Part shown: one piece after another, positions 9,757-20,138 of the stretch
Layout: every line of letters begins with the position of its first letter
Numbering within the stretch: the stretch's first letter is position 1
Assembly: GCA_005222975.1 (NCBI GenBank)
Contig: NJBI01000015.1
Span: 1 to 55,959 of the forward strand
DNA length: 55,959 nucleotides
Direction: 5' to 3'
From: Promethearchaeota archaeon Loki_b31
GTDB taxonomy: Archaea > Asgardarchaeota > Lokiarchaeia > Sigyniarchaeales > SOKP01
Notes under the pieces: generated by a model
What the model was told of the DNA's origin: nothing
Database searches by the model: none
What the model saw: the letters and a program-made list of their open reading frames with translations, nothing else
Position numbers and translations under genes: made by a program

Positions 9757-10366
9757 CGTTCTTTATCTGCTCCGAAATTGTCAGATTTTGTTGTGATGTT
9801 CCTTGATTATAACTAGATTTTTTTGGGGATTCGCGCGCTCGTGCCTTGCGAACGAACACGAATAATAATCCCATCCAAACTTGCCCTACCAGATGTACGA
9901 GAATTCCCAGCACCATCAGTACTCGAGCGATGTCGTTGGAAAACCACTGCACCAAAAATCTGAGGAAATCGGGTAACACGTCTGCAAAATAAGCAAAATC
10001 AAAGGGAAAGACCATAAGGAGCCAAGTAATGGCGACAGCGGCAAACATCATTCCACCAAAAACATCAAAGTAGCGAGAAAGGTGTTTGCGACCAAATAAC
10101 CCATACAAAGCACCTGAAACCATCACAGCAATCAGATATCCATAAAACAGGATCATCTCCAACGTGCTGAATTTTGCAGTGAAAAAACCTGTTGACCATA
10201 TCTGATGGGCAACGAAGTACAACACACCCAAGACACCTAACACAAAAATAACTGTACCCCCAACACGCTCGGAATACTCCATGGTGTCGTTCATCTCTTT
10301 CTCTACACTTTTAGAAAACCAACTCTTGTTCTCTTCAATTTTCTTTAAATTTTTAATTCTTATCAC
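9734..10366 (-). CDS. Hypothetical membrane protein (about 4 TM)
   Basis: Hydrophobic segments with STGFFT and VFPFDF motifs; C-terminal tail overlaps the next gene. Confidence 0.65.
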   Translation of the reverse strand: MIRIKNLKKIEENKSWFSKSVEKEMNDTMEYSERVGGTVIFVLGVLGVLYFVAHQIWSTGFFTAKFSTLEMILFYGYLIAVMVSGALYGLFGRKHLSRYFDVFGGMMFAAVAITWLLMVFPFDFAYFADVLPDFLRFLVQWFSNDIARVLMVLGILVHLVGQVWMGLLFVFVRKARARESPKKSSYNQGTSQQNLTISEQIKNGGRVYGE

Positions 10367-10629
10367 CTTTTTTTGAAATTTTATTACGAATTCTAAAACA
10401 AATTGAGGCTTATAAGAGTATGTTCACTAATAAGGAAAATAATAGTAATACGAGCTTACTGTCTTTAAAGGAAAGGAATGGAGATAATTGATAATATAAT
10501 TAAAAATTTTACATTGAAATAATTCGAAAATATCACTGAAGTACGCTTTTTTCCACTCAAATGAATAAACATGGGAACTAAATTACCAAATTTTTTACTA
10601 TATGGGTGAAATCTGAGAATATAAAATTA

Positions 10630-11514
10630 TTATTTTGTTCGAAGTAATTGATCTATCCAACACTCATACCACCCTATTGATAAGAATATGTGTGGAATAA
10701 CATCCTTGAATCCTTCGGTTTGTAGTTCTTCCAGTATTAGTTGGGAATCTCGAGCAGTTCTTGACCAGGTTTCTAATAAAATCAAGTTTGGAATATTGCT
10801 AAAGCCTGCGCAGAATATAATATTCTGAGAATATTTATCGTAAAAATGTTTTATTATAGAATTCATATCTGTACCCTCGTTCAAATCTATATGAAAAACT
10901 GTTACAAAACTATCTTTATATAATGGTGTCCATTCAATCGAAAATGAAGCTAAATTATTCTCAATCATTCGATCTAAATGTTTTCTAACAGTTTTAGCAG
11001 AAAGTCCTGTGTCATCAGCAATATTTATAATCGGCTTCCGTGCATCTCTGTTAAGAGACTTTAGTATTTTATAATCAATACCAGTGAGTGGTTCAGGGAA
11101 TGATGTGTAAGGTAGATTTACAATTCCTATAGTTGGATCACTAATTTGTGCCGTTCTTGAGACAGAACTACTATAATCTTGAAGTTCTGATATATTTCTC
11201 ACTATGGCAGAGATATAGAGAAATTTTCCACTTGCTATGGCAATAGATAAAATGTTCTCATGTTGCCCTAGCTCTTTACTAACTGCTTCCATCGATCTTG
11301 CATTAGAAGTGCCATAAATTACAACTGCTAGACAATTCAACGCCAATATACTTGGTCTTGCGATATAAGCGGTGATAATCCCATCTTCTTCAAGCCTTTT
11401 TATACGTTTATGAACTGTACTCACTGACATATCGATCATTTCCGCTAATTCCCTATATGTCAATCGAGAGTTTACTGATAGTTTTTGCCAAAAAATTAAG
11501 TCAATTTCATCCAT
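10630..11514 (-). CDS. Lrp/AsnC-family transcriptional regulator with two tandem HTH plus effector units
   Basis: MDEIDL...NSRLTYRELA...STVHKRIKRL and a second copy IDYKILKSLNRDARKPI..IA...KTVRKHLDRM; start moved from 11628 to the ATG at 11514. Confidence 0.88.
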   Translation of the reverse strand: MDEIDLIFWQKLSVNSRLTYRELAEMIDMSVSTVHKRIKRLEEDGIITAYIARPSILALNCLAVVIYGTSNARSMEAVSKELGQHENILSIAIASGKFLYISAIVRNISELQDYSSSVSRTAQISDPTIGIVNLPYTSFPEPLTGIDYKILKSLNRDARKPIINIADDTGLSAKTVRKHLDRMIENNLASFSIEWTPLYKDSFVTVFHIDLNEGTDMNSIIKHFYDKYSQNIIFCAGFSNIPNLILLETWSRTARDSQLILEELQTEGFKDVIPHIFLSIGWYECWIDQLLRTK

Positions 11515-11742
11515 ACTACTTCTATGACAAGTAATCTTTCTTGTTAAAAATAATTTTCTCATCAATTTTAATAAAAAGTTGCTGGAAAGTATTCTTTTCA
11601 GAAGAACATCAACAACACATACATTCAATAAAAAATTTATATTAATTCTTTTATAAATATTAAAAATTTATACTCGTCTACCTTTTTAATAATAAATAGA
11701 ATCTTTTATAATAAAGATAATAATTTTTAAAGAGACACTAGA

Positions 11743-13074
11743 TTGGTTCGACCCCCAACTGAAAAAAACATCTGCTTGCGCTGTAAAGGAGCGAGATTAT
11801 TATGTGGTAAGAAAACATGCCCAATCTTATTAAAAAAATCTGTTTTAAAATCGCTGGTTCCATTTGAATTTGATAAAACATTACGAAATGTAGAGCTTTC
11901 TGGACCTAGCCCTCCAGGATTTTTCGTCGGTCACTTCAATTATCCAAACGTATATTTAGGACCATTGGTTCCTTTTCAAAAATTTGAAATAGATCAAAAG
12001 ATTTCGGATTATCACATCTTAGACGCTCCAGAACTATGGTTTGGAAAAAGCATAGTTGATGTTATAGGATATAGAAGTAGTTTGGTAAGAAATAATTTTA
12101 AAATCAATGTTAATCTTGGAAAAAGGAGCCGTAAAAACACGATCCCCATGAAGGCACAAAAATTACTCGAAACTTCTCAAGAATTATCGATGGCCGCTCG
12201 TCCTGTAGATACAGAAACAAAGCTACCAAAAATGAATTTAAGAATGCTGTTGGATAATCACGCGTTGCCTATGGGTCCTACTGGTATGGCTGAAAAAATA
12301 AGAATCACAGAGAATACAAAGGTACATCCAAAAGTAGATTATTGCGTTGCTGATACCGATTTAAAAGCAACGGAAGCGGTATCAAAATACCTCTATTTTA
12401 AAGGACGCGTCCCAGAATCAACAATTAAAAGGGTTTTTTCAGCTGGTTTGTTAGGCGAAAAGAATAAGCGGCGAATTGTCCCGACTAGATGGAGTATAAC
12501 CGCTGTTGACGACATCATCTCTAAGGCTCTAATTAAAGAAATTAAAAAATTTCCTGAAATAAATGATTATCGCATTTTTGAAAGAACATACTTAGATAAT
12601 CACTTTAAAATACTTCTTTTTCCTGGCAAATTCACGTACGAGATGAACGAAGTTTGGGCGCCCAATACGTTGTGGAACATATCTCTCAATGGGAATATAC
12701 GCAATTTAAAACCTCAAATAATGACTGATTTTGAATTTTATAAGGGAAGAAAGAATTACGCAAGCAATATTACGGGCGCTTACTACGCTGCTCGAAAGGA
12801 AGTTTGCGAATATTTATACCGGATCGGAAGACAAGCAAGGATTCTAATCTTTCGCGAAGTACAAGGGGGTTATATTGTGCCATTAGGTGTTTGGGTTATC
12901 AGAGAAACTGTAAAAAACGCAATGGAACTAAAAAATCCGCAAATCCTCGATAATTTTGACGACTCGATTAAAAACATGGCGGAGGGTTTCATGGTTAGCT
13001 ATAAATATTGGAAAAAGAGCAGTAAATTAATAAATTTCGTTAAAAATCAGAGAACTATAGATAATTTTTTATAA
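11743..13074 (+). CDS. nreA: Nre-family archaeal DNA repair protein with C-terminal PIP box
   Basis: N-terminal CxxCKG..LCG...CP, SPP..FVG..NYP.V..GP, VPTRWSITAVD, GAYYAAR and PLGVWVIRE; ends in QRTIDNFL. Confidence 0.9.
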   Translation: MVRPPTEKNICLRCKGARLLCGKKTCPILLKKSVLKSLVPFEFDKTLRNVELSGPSPPGFFVGHFNYPNVYLGPLVPFQKFEIDQKISDYHILDAPELWFGKSIVDVIGYRSSLVRNNFKINVNLGKRSRKNTIPMKAQKLLETSQELSMAARPVDTETKLPKMNLRMLLDNHALPMGPTGMAEKIRITENTKVHPKVDYCVADTDLKATEAVSKYLYFKGRVPESTIKRVFSAGLLGEKNKRRIVPTRWSITAVDDIISKALIKEIKKFPEINDYRIFERTYLDNHFKILLFPGKFTYEMNEVWAPNTLWNISLNGNIRNLKPQIMTDFEFYKGRKNYASNITGAYYAARKEVCEYLYRIGRQARILIFREVQGGYIVPLGVWVIRETVKNAMELKNPQILDNFDDSIKNMAEGFMVSYKYWKKSSKLINFVKNQRTIDNFL

Positions 13075-13145
13075 GTTATCTAATTTTAAAATTTATATTA
13101 TACTTAACTTAATTTAAATCTATAAGGAACTGGGGAGTTATTAAG

Positions 13146-14003
13146 ATGATTATTGATATGCATGTTCATCCTTTTTGTAAAGAGGCTGATTGGGGCAAAG
13201 ATCTTGAGTTTTTAGCTAATGTTCTACTTGGTACAAATAAAAAAGGACGTCGTGCGATGTTTAAATTTTATGAAGTTCTACAGACAAAAATATCTATTGA
13301 TGATTATATTACTCAGATGGAAAAATACGGTATTGATAAAGCTGTAATTGTATCATATAATCTTACGACAGCCTACGGTGTATGTATAGTTACAAATGAT
13401 AATGTCGCGGATTTTGTTAAGAAATATCCCGAGAAGTTTATTGGATTTGCGTGTATTGATGTTCCCGCACATGACGCTATGGATCAACTTGAATACGCAA
13501 TAACATCATTAGACCTTAAAGGTGTCAAACTTGTACCTCCAGCGCAGAAGATTGACATTTCTGATAACAAATATGACCCCTTATGGAAGAAAATGATAGA
13601 TCTTAACATACCTCTTTGGACTCACACAGCACATTTAGTTTCAATAATAGGGGCAATAACAAAATACGGCCATCCAATGCTAGTAGACGCATTAGCCTCT
13701 AAACATCAAGATTTAACAATCATAATGGGACATATGGGAATTCCATGGTTTTGGGATGCATGGGGCGTAGTTATTAGACATCCTAATGTCTATATTGATA
13801 TTTCTGCATATCCTGAACTATATCCGTGGTTTCCTTTTGAAGCATTTTCTAAATTCAATGCGGAGGATAAAGTATTATTTGCTTCAGATCATCCTCTTAA
13901 ACATTGGAACGAGGTTATTCCTGCATTCAAAGAGGTTCCTATTTCTGATGGGTTTCGAAGAAAAATTCTCGGTGAAAATGCAAAAAAGTTATTAGAATTA
14001 TAA
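13146..14003 (+). CDS. Amidohydrolase_2 family metal-dependent hydrolase
   Basis: IIDMHVH, KGVKL, HT, GHMG, NVYIDIS, FASDHP and ILGENA motifs. Confidence 0.9.
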   Translation: MIIDMHVHPFCKEADWGKDLEFLANVLLGTNKKGRRAMFKFYEVLQTKISIDDYITQMEKYGIDKAVIVSYNLTTAYGVCIVTNDNVADFVKKYPEKFIGFACIDVPAHDAMDQLEYAITSLDLKGVKLVPPAQKIDISDNKYDPLWKKMIDLNIPLWTHTAHLVSIIGAITKYGHPMLVDALASKHQDLTIIMGHMGIPWFWDAWGVVIRHPNVYIDISAYPELYPWFPFEAFSKFNAEDKVLFASDHPLKHWNEVIPAFKEVPISDGFRRKILGENAKKLLEL

Positions 14004-14067
14004 CCTTGTATGATTTAGGAACCTTTCAATATTGTAAATACTAATTAAAAACTAAAGAGGGAACTTT

Positions 14068-14952
14068 ATGATTTGGAAAACAAATATAAATAAAATGATG
14101 GGTACTAAGTACCCTTTAATTATGGCAGCTTTTGCAGGGTATGGTAAAACTGAATTTGCCGCATTGTTCTCAAATGCTGGTGGATTGGGGGTTATTACTG
14201 CCTTGAATTACCAGACCGGTGATTTTGGATCCGAATTGCAAAAAATGAGAGAATTAACGGACAAACCTTTTGGTGTTAATTTAACTGTGCTACCTCCGGG
14301 CGTGAGAGCTCTTAATGTTAAAGTATCAAAAGATGACTATTTAAAATATTTAGACATAGCTATTAATGAAGGTGTGAAAGCTTTTTTTACTTCTGCTTAC
14401 CAAGCTACTCATTTGGGAAAAAGGATTCACGAAGCGGATTGCTATTGGATTCACAAATGTGCTTTGATTAGACACGCTATTTCGGCTGAAAGAGCGGGAG
14501 CTGACGCTATTACTTTAATTGGAATGGAAGCTTCAGGTTTTAAAAATCCCTATCAACATACAACTTTAGTAAATATAACCATAGCAAAACGGTTATTGAA
14601 AGTTCCCATCATTGCCGCGGGTGGAATTGGAGACGCGCGTGGATTTTTAGGGGCATTAGCTATGGGGGCAGATGGCGTTTGCCTTGGTTCAGCAATCCTT
14701 ACAACAGCTGAAAGTCCCGTCCCTAAAGAGATGAAGAAGAAATGGTTAGACATGGATGTACTTTCCGAAGATTACCATAGAAAACTGTACCATCGAGAAT
14801 TAAAGGCAACCAGGGTGCTATCAACAGCCATAGTACATCAAAAAGAAATCGTTCCTTTACGCGATTTTATCGAAAACATTATGGATGAGGCAGGAGAGAT
14901 TTTAAAATCGTGGGGATTCAAAGAAAATCAATTAAATATCTCATCTAATTAA
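14068..14952 (+). CDS. Nitronate monooxygenase / FabK-like FMN oxidoreductase
   Basis: SNAGGLG, TDKPFGVN, PIIAAGGIGD and ALAMGADGV motifs. Confidence 0.88.
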   Translation: MIWKTNINKMMGTKYPLIMAAFAGYGKTEFAALFSNAGGLGVITALNYQTGDFGSELQKMRELTDKPFGVNLTVLPPGVRALNVKVSKDDYLKYLDIAINEGVKAFFTSAYQATHLGKRIHEADCYWIHKCALIRHAISAERAGADAITLIGMEASGFKNPYQHTTLVNITIAKRLLKVPIIAAGGIGDARGFLGALAMGADGVCLGSAILTTAESPVPKEMKKKWLDMDVLSEDYHRKLYHRELKATRVLSTAIVHQKEIVPLRDFIENIMDEAGEILKSWGFKENQLNISSN

Positions 14953-15005
14953 ATATTAGACATCTACTAAAAAGAAATTAGATAAAAATAAAATAAAAAA
15001 AATAT

Positions 15006-16733
15006 TTAAAGCTCTATTGGTTCGAATTCTTTTAAATTCTTAACTTTTTTAACTTTAGGATTCTTAATTAAATATCCTTTAATTACAACCATAGACACTT
15101 GTCCTAAGTAATCAATATTCTCTAGGGGATTTCCTGGAACGACTTGAATATCTGCTGATTTTCCAACTTCAATACTCCCGGTTATATCACCAATACCAAT
15201 ATTTTCGGCATTGCCTTTAGTGGCGAAGTGAAGAGCTTCTTGTGCAGTCATATCTGTATATTTCAAGAAGTTCTTTAATTCTTTCCAAACATTATAATGC
15301 GTGGCGTAAGGGACTGCTGCATCTGTACCAACTGTCAATATAATTCCTTCTTTGTACGCTTTCTGTAATCCATTGATCATTCCTACTTCAATCAAAACCG
15401 CATTTTCTTTTTTTACATCCGTTATTTTCGTCTCTTCTTTAGAGAGTACTGCCATACCCATACCTGCAGAAGTAGTGGAAGTCAATGTAGTAAATCCTCG
15501 AAGCGATTTAGGATTATTTTTAAATAATGGTACTAAATCATCAGTTATTTTAGCACCGTGTTCGATGCTGTCAACACCTCCCAAGAGTGCCTCCTTAATA
15601 CCGTGAGTCGATTCGCAATGAGTGGCAACTAATAATCCACCACGATGAGCCTCAAAACACGCAGTCTCGATCTCTTCTATGGTCATTTGAGGTCGGCCAG
15701 CTTCGCCGACTTTTCGCGAATCCATAACCCCTCCAGTTGATAGGATTTTTATAAAATCTACTTCCTTTCTTAGGTTTTTTCTTATGGCTTTTTTTACTTC
15801 TGTTGGAGAATCCGCGGTATGCGCCATCATTCCACCGTGACCACCAGTTATACAGATACCCATTCCAGCACAAACTAATCTAGGTCCGATTAACTTTCCT
15901 TTTTTAATTTTATCCCTAAGTTTAAGATCTAAGTAGAACGGATCGCTCATCGTTCTCAAAGTCGTCACACCCGCATTTAAAGCATTGCTAGCGTTATTTT
16001 TCATCATGTTACTAAGAATTTTTTTGCCTAAAGGCGTTTTAAGTAATTTGGTTAATTTTTCCAGTGTTTTATCGCTTAAGTTCATTATTTTCATCGGCTT
16101 TCCGCTTCCTGTTAAATGACAATGAGCGTTAATCAAGCCTGGTAGAACATAGCCTCCCTTTAAGTCTATTTTCCTGTAATTCTCTGGAATCTTGATATCT
16201 TCTTCTTTTCCTACCCCGACAATTAAACCGGGCGTCTCATCATCTTCTGCAACATTTTTAATTAATATTACTCCTTTGCTAATTATCGAACTCTTAAGAT
16301 TACCGTCAATTATATTACAATTGATTAGCGCTAAATTTGCTTTAGGTTCTTTTTTTCTATATTTTAATCGTTTTATCCAGCCTATTGTGAAAAGCGTTAA
16401 AATTATATCAATAACACTTCCAATAATTGCCATTATCCAGTACCACACCACCGGCATCCAACTAGAATCCAAACGAGCAAGATTCAATGTTAAGTTGTAC
16501 ATCCCAACGCCGTAAATTCCAAGAATATCTAAAATTCCTAATGGAATTCCTACAAAAGGGATAATCCACGGGAAAATATTAAGTAATCCAATAATCGTAT
16601 GTGCAAGAGCACCTAAGGTTCCTTCCAACGTCCCGTATGTTATCCACGCAAATAAAGAAATTAGAATTGTTAAAAAAAGTAGAAATACTATACACTTATT
16701 TAAAAAATTTAATGTTCCTTTATTCTCGTTCAT
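15006..16733 (-). CDS. Amidohydrolase (Xaa-Pro dipeptidase-like) with N-terminal membrane domain
   Basis: PGLINAHCH, TGGHG, IKILSTGGV, DSIEHG, GTDA and GSIEVGKSAD motifs; first ~120 aa hydrophobic. Confidence 0.88.
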   Translation of the reverse strand: MNENKGTLNFLNKCIVFLLFLTILISLFAWITYGTLEGTLGALAHTIIGLLNIFPWIIPFVGIPLGILDILGIYGVGMYNLTLNLARLDSSWMPVVWYWIMAIIGSVIDIILTLFTIGWIKRLKYRKKEPKANLALINCNIIDGNLKSSIISKGVILIKNVAEDDETPGLIVGVGKEEDIKIPENYRKIDLKGGYVLPGLINAHCHLTGSGKPMKIMNLSDKTLEKLTKLLKTPLGKKILSNMMKNNASNALNAGVTTLRTMSDPFYLDLKLRDKIKKGKLIGPRLVCAGMGICITGGHGGMMAHTADSPTEVKKAIRKNLRKEVDFIKILSTGGVMDSRKVGEAGRPQMTIEEIETACFEAHRGGLLVATHCESTHGIKEALLGGVDSIEHGAKITDDLVPLFKNNPKSLRGFTTLTSTTSAGMGMAVLSKEETKITDVKKENAVLIEVGMINGLQKAYKEGIILTVGTDAAVPYATHYNVWKELKNFLKYTDMTAQEALHFATKGNAENIGIGDITGSIEVGKSADIQVVPGNPLENIDYLGQVSMVVIKGYLIKNPKVKKVKNLKEFEPIEL

Positions 16734-16898
16734 AATTTTATGCCAAATATTATTACTTTTAATATTTAATGATTTAATTTTTAATAGATTAAAATTGTTC
16801 CTTTAATATAAAAATAATTTTAAATATCGTCAAGAATAAGATTAAATAGTTAAGAAAGATGATGCTATTGCTAAATAATCAAAAAGGTAGGAATTATC

Positions 16899-18104
16899 AT
16901 GTCAAATGAATCAATAGTATATTGGGCATCTCCAATAGAAGTCGCTTCGTTAAGAAATACATCAAAAAATATGGTTACAAACAATTTAGTGAAAACCAGA
17001 TTGATTTTGGATAAAATCTTAGATAATATAAAGCTTGGAGATAAAGTTGCTATAAAAGTTCATGTGGGAGAGGCACATAACACTCATTACTTGCGGCACG
17101 ATTATGTGCGTGAAGTAGTCGAGGCTGTGAAATCAAAAGGGGGCATACCCTCCCTAATTGAGACTCATGGTTTAGGAAATAATATTGAAAATATTGGAAT
17201 TTGTGAGGACTATTCAATCTGTATTGGTCATCGAAAGAACGCTACAGAACATCGTGAAATTGCTATGTTACATGGATATTTAGAATCAATAATCGGAGCT
17301 CCACTGAAATTTATTGATGGAGAAAGTGGTATTGAGAGAAAAGTTGTAAAAATAGATGGACTTAAATTTGAAGAAGTTTCTGTTGCTGAAGGTCTCTATA
17401 ATTACGATAAACTTGTAGTAATTTCTCACTTTAAAGGTCATCCTCAAGCAGGATTTGGCGGTGCTTTAAAACAGCTTGGGATAGGGTGCGTTACTAAACA
17501 TAACAAGCATTTAGCTCATTTTGGAAGTAGTTTAGTTGTTAACACTAAAAGATGCGACTTATCTAAATGTAAACAAGAATGCATAGGTTCATGTCCAGTA
17601 CAAGCAATTAAGATTGATGGCGATTCTGCTTTAATCGATGCTTCTCTCTGTTACGGTTGTTTTCAGTGTACCCAAAAATGTCCAGTTAAGAGAGCTATTA
17701 AAAGTCCAAGAATGAATAATATCAGTGATTTTGTTGATCGCTTTATAGACAATGCCTTTGCAGTTATAAAGTCTTTTGGTCCCGAAATGGTACGCTATAT
17801 CAACTTTGCCTTGGATATTCCTCTTATGTGTGATTGCGTTCCAAATCCTGGTATGAATGTGGTTCCCGATCTGGGAATATTCGGTTCTTCTGACCCTGTA
17901 GCAATAGACAAAGCCTGTATCGATGCAGAAATTAACGCTCCCGGTTTACCAATTTTAAAAGAAGATGGACAATGGACTGAACCTTTAGCTCGAGGTGTTG
18001 AGAAATTTAAAGCAATGATGTCTTTAACTAATCCAAATCTACAATTTGATGCTGCACTCAAAAATAAAATAGGATCTACGGATTACAAGTTAATTCAGAT
18101 TTGA
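16899..18104 (+). CDS. DUF362-domain Fe-S protein with inserted ferredoxin-type Cys motifs
   Basis: KVHVGE, SHFKGH...GFGGALKQLGIGC, CYGCFQCTQKCP, CDC and DPVAIDKA motifs. Confidence 0.88.
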   Translation: MSNESIVYWASPIEVASLRNTSKNMVTNNLVKTRLILDKILDNIKLGDKVAIKVHVGEAHNTHYLRHDYVREVVEAVKSKGGIPSLIETHGLGNNIENIGICEDYSICIGHRKNATEHREIAMLHGYLESIIGAPLKFIDGESGIERKVVKIDGLKFEEVSVAEGLYNYDKLVVISHFKGHPQAGFGGALKQLGIGCVTKHNKHLAHFGSSLVVNTKRCDLSKCKQECIGSCPVQAIKIDGDSALIDASLCYGCFQCTQKCPVKRAIKSPRMNNISDFVDRFIDNAFAVIKSFGPEMVRYINFALDIPLMCDCVPNPGMNVVPDLGIFGSSDPVAIDKACIDAEINAPGLPILKEDGQWTEPLARGVEKFKAMMSLTNPNLQFDAALKNKIGSTDYKLIQI

Positions 18105-18211
18105 TTTGAAAAAACTTTTAACTAACATAGCAGTAGATTATTATTATTAGAATAATTTGAATATTGTAGATACAAAATTATTTGAATGTGTACTCGTAGA
18201 GGTTAAAAATA

Positions 18212-18766
18212 ATGAGTATTGAAAATGATATATCTGAAAAAAGATCTAAAGGTTATAACTTCGAAAATATATCTTTAAAAATTGCTTTAACCGCTATTAC
18301 AGCAGCATTATATATTGTTTTAGGTTATGTATTTCAAGCCATTAGTTTTTTAGGTTTGCAATTTAGAGTTGCAGAATTAATTGTTGGAATGTGTATTATT
18401 TTCCCACTTGAAGGTTTAATTGGCAACGTCATTGGTGTTTTTTTCGTTAATTTATCATCACCATTAGGCCCAATTGATCTTATTAGCTGTATTGTAAATG
18501 TTCCTGCACTTTATTGTATAATATATTTCAAGGATAAAAGAGGTTTAAAATTTCTAGGAGGAATTTTGTATGCTCTTATTATTTCCCTTTATGTTGCATT
18601 TATTTTGAACTTTGTTCTGTCTTTACCGATATTGCTTATGTTTATCCAAGTTTTAATTCCTGAAGTAATTTTAGCTACACTTGGGATTATATTATTTGAA
18701 AATATCAAAAGGGGATTAAATATAAATGATAAAATAAATAGAAAAAAAGAAGAAATTAGTTCTTAA
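18212..18766 (+). CDS. QueT-family (queuosine precursor transporter-like) membrane protein
   Basis: A.TAALY, ISF..LQFRVAE and N..SP.G.ID motifs. Confidence 0.8.
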   Translation: MSIENDISEKRSKGYNFENISLKIALTAITAALYIVLGYVFQAISFLGLQFRVAELIVGMCIIFPLEGLIGNVIGVFFVNLSSPLGPIDLISCIVNVPALYCIIYFKDKRGLKFLGGILYALIISLYVAFILNFVLSLPILLMFIQVLIPEVILATLGIILFENIKRGLNINDKINRKKEEISS

Positions 18767-18767
18767 A

Positions 18768-20051
18768 TTAAATTTCTCCAGCACTTATCTTTTCGATATC
18801 TTTCGGTAAATATTTCAAAATTGGTATTAAAAGTAATGAACAACTCAACGCCATTATAGACAAGATAAGATATCCCGGGCTGTATTGATTATTAAAATGC
18901 AAAAATAACTGACCAAGTATTAATAAACTTATACTTCTGCCAAAGGTGTACGCAAGATAATTAAGAGAGTAAATCGTTGATCTAATTTGAGGAGGATTTG
19001 TTTCTCCTAGAGTAGCTTGCGTAAGTGGATCAATTCCTCCAAAAAGAAATGCGCCAATATATACTATAGCAATAAAAATAAAGGCTACAATAAAATCAGT
19101 GGAAATAAAGGTTAACGAGTACGCGATAATATATAAGCTGGAACCACCAATAAGACAAATTAAAACAATTTTCATCCTCCCATTTTTATCGGTTTGGCGT
19201 TTTTTATCGCCCATTTTGCCAAATAAGGGGCCACTAACAACCTGACTGCTAAAAACCAATATTAAAAAGATCGTGGCTAAACTTGAAGAAAGCATAAAGT
19301 CGTTTTTAAGCATCGAAATGAAAAATGAAGATATAGCACCAATAGAAATAAACATCACAAAATTAAAAATTAATAAGCCAATCGTCGATTTAATTCTCCA
19401 GATTTTTTGTAGATCTTTTATTTTTATCTTATAACTTAAATCAATATCAATATCTCCTGATGCTTTATTTAACTTATCCATTGCACCTCTTACTGGTTCT
19501 ATAAGGAGAAATAATAGCCCTGTACAAAAAAATCCGCTTATCGAAATAATAAAAATAGGTACCTGCCATGTGTAGAAATCGATTAAAAATCCCGATAACA
19601 TCTGCCCTAGCCCATTTCCTAAAACATAAACCGCGCTTAAAACACCGAATTTTCTTCCTCGATTTTCGGCGTCTACTAAGTCTACAATTAAAGAAAACGT
19701 TAAAGGTAATGCGGCTCCAAAGCCAATCGCTGTAAATAGTTGAAATATTAATAACGAATAGAAATCTGTAGCAAAAATAGTTAATAAAGTAAAAATTGAC
19801 CACTCAATAGTAGCAACGATTAACAAACTTTTGCGTTGGAATTTATCAGCTAAAACAGCCCAAATTAGCGAACTAAATGCTGCTACCATCAAGAACATTG
19901 AATTGATAACAGCAATTTGCTCTTCGCTACCTAAACTTAAAGCAAGCGTAAGCTCTCTTGCCATAGGAGTTATAATACTGAATAAAGCTGACGAAAAGAA
20001 AATCAATAGAATTAATATCTTTGTTGAATAATTTTTCGTTAGAATCACCAA
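18768..20051 (-). CDS. MFS transporter
   Basis: About 12 TM helices; WAVLADKFQRK motif A; D....NRG and ETNPPQIRST. Confidence 0.9.
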   Translation of the reverse strand: MVILTKNYSTKILILLIFFSSALFSIITPMARELTLALSLGSEEQIAVINSMFLMVAAFSSLIWAVLADKFQRKSLLIVATIEWSIFTLLTIFATDFYSLLIFQLFTAIGFGAALPLTFSLIVDLVDAENRGRKFGVLSAVYVLGNGLGQMLSGFLIDFYTWQVPIFIISISGFFCTGLLFLLIEPVRGAMDKLNKASGDIDIDLSYKIKIKDLQKIWRIKSTIGLLIFNFVMFISIGAISSFFISMLKNDFMLSSSLATIFLILVFSSQVVSGPLFGKMGDKKRQTDKNGRMKIVLICLIGGSSLYIIAYSLTFISTDFIVAFIFIAIVYIGAFLFGGIDPLTQATLGETNPPQIRSTIYSLNYLAYTFGRSISLLILGQLFLHFNNQYSPGYLILSIMALSCSLLLIPILKYLPKDIEKISAGEI

Positions 20052-20138
20052 GTTAAAATATATCTTTAATAGTGATTATATCAAAGTTTTATTTAAGCCT
20101 TTAATTAATAAGGATTGAATTTTATTTGAGTTGGGTTT

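Noticed and set aside
9734-9830. Functional overlap of the two GC-rich membrane genes
   Set aside because: The tail after an A7 run would end at a nearby TAG with one more A, so the overlap is probably a slippage-derived extension
11515-11628. 38-aa N-terminal extension of the Lrp regulator
   Set aside because: The family-typical start MDEID is at 11514; the extension looks like promoter or spacer sequence
18105-18211. preQ1 riboswitch upstream of the QueT-like gene
   Set aside because: AGAGGTT sits at SD distance from the ATG; there is no complementary stem or A-rich pseudoknot tail
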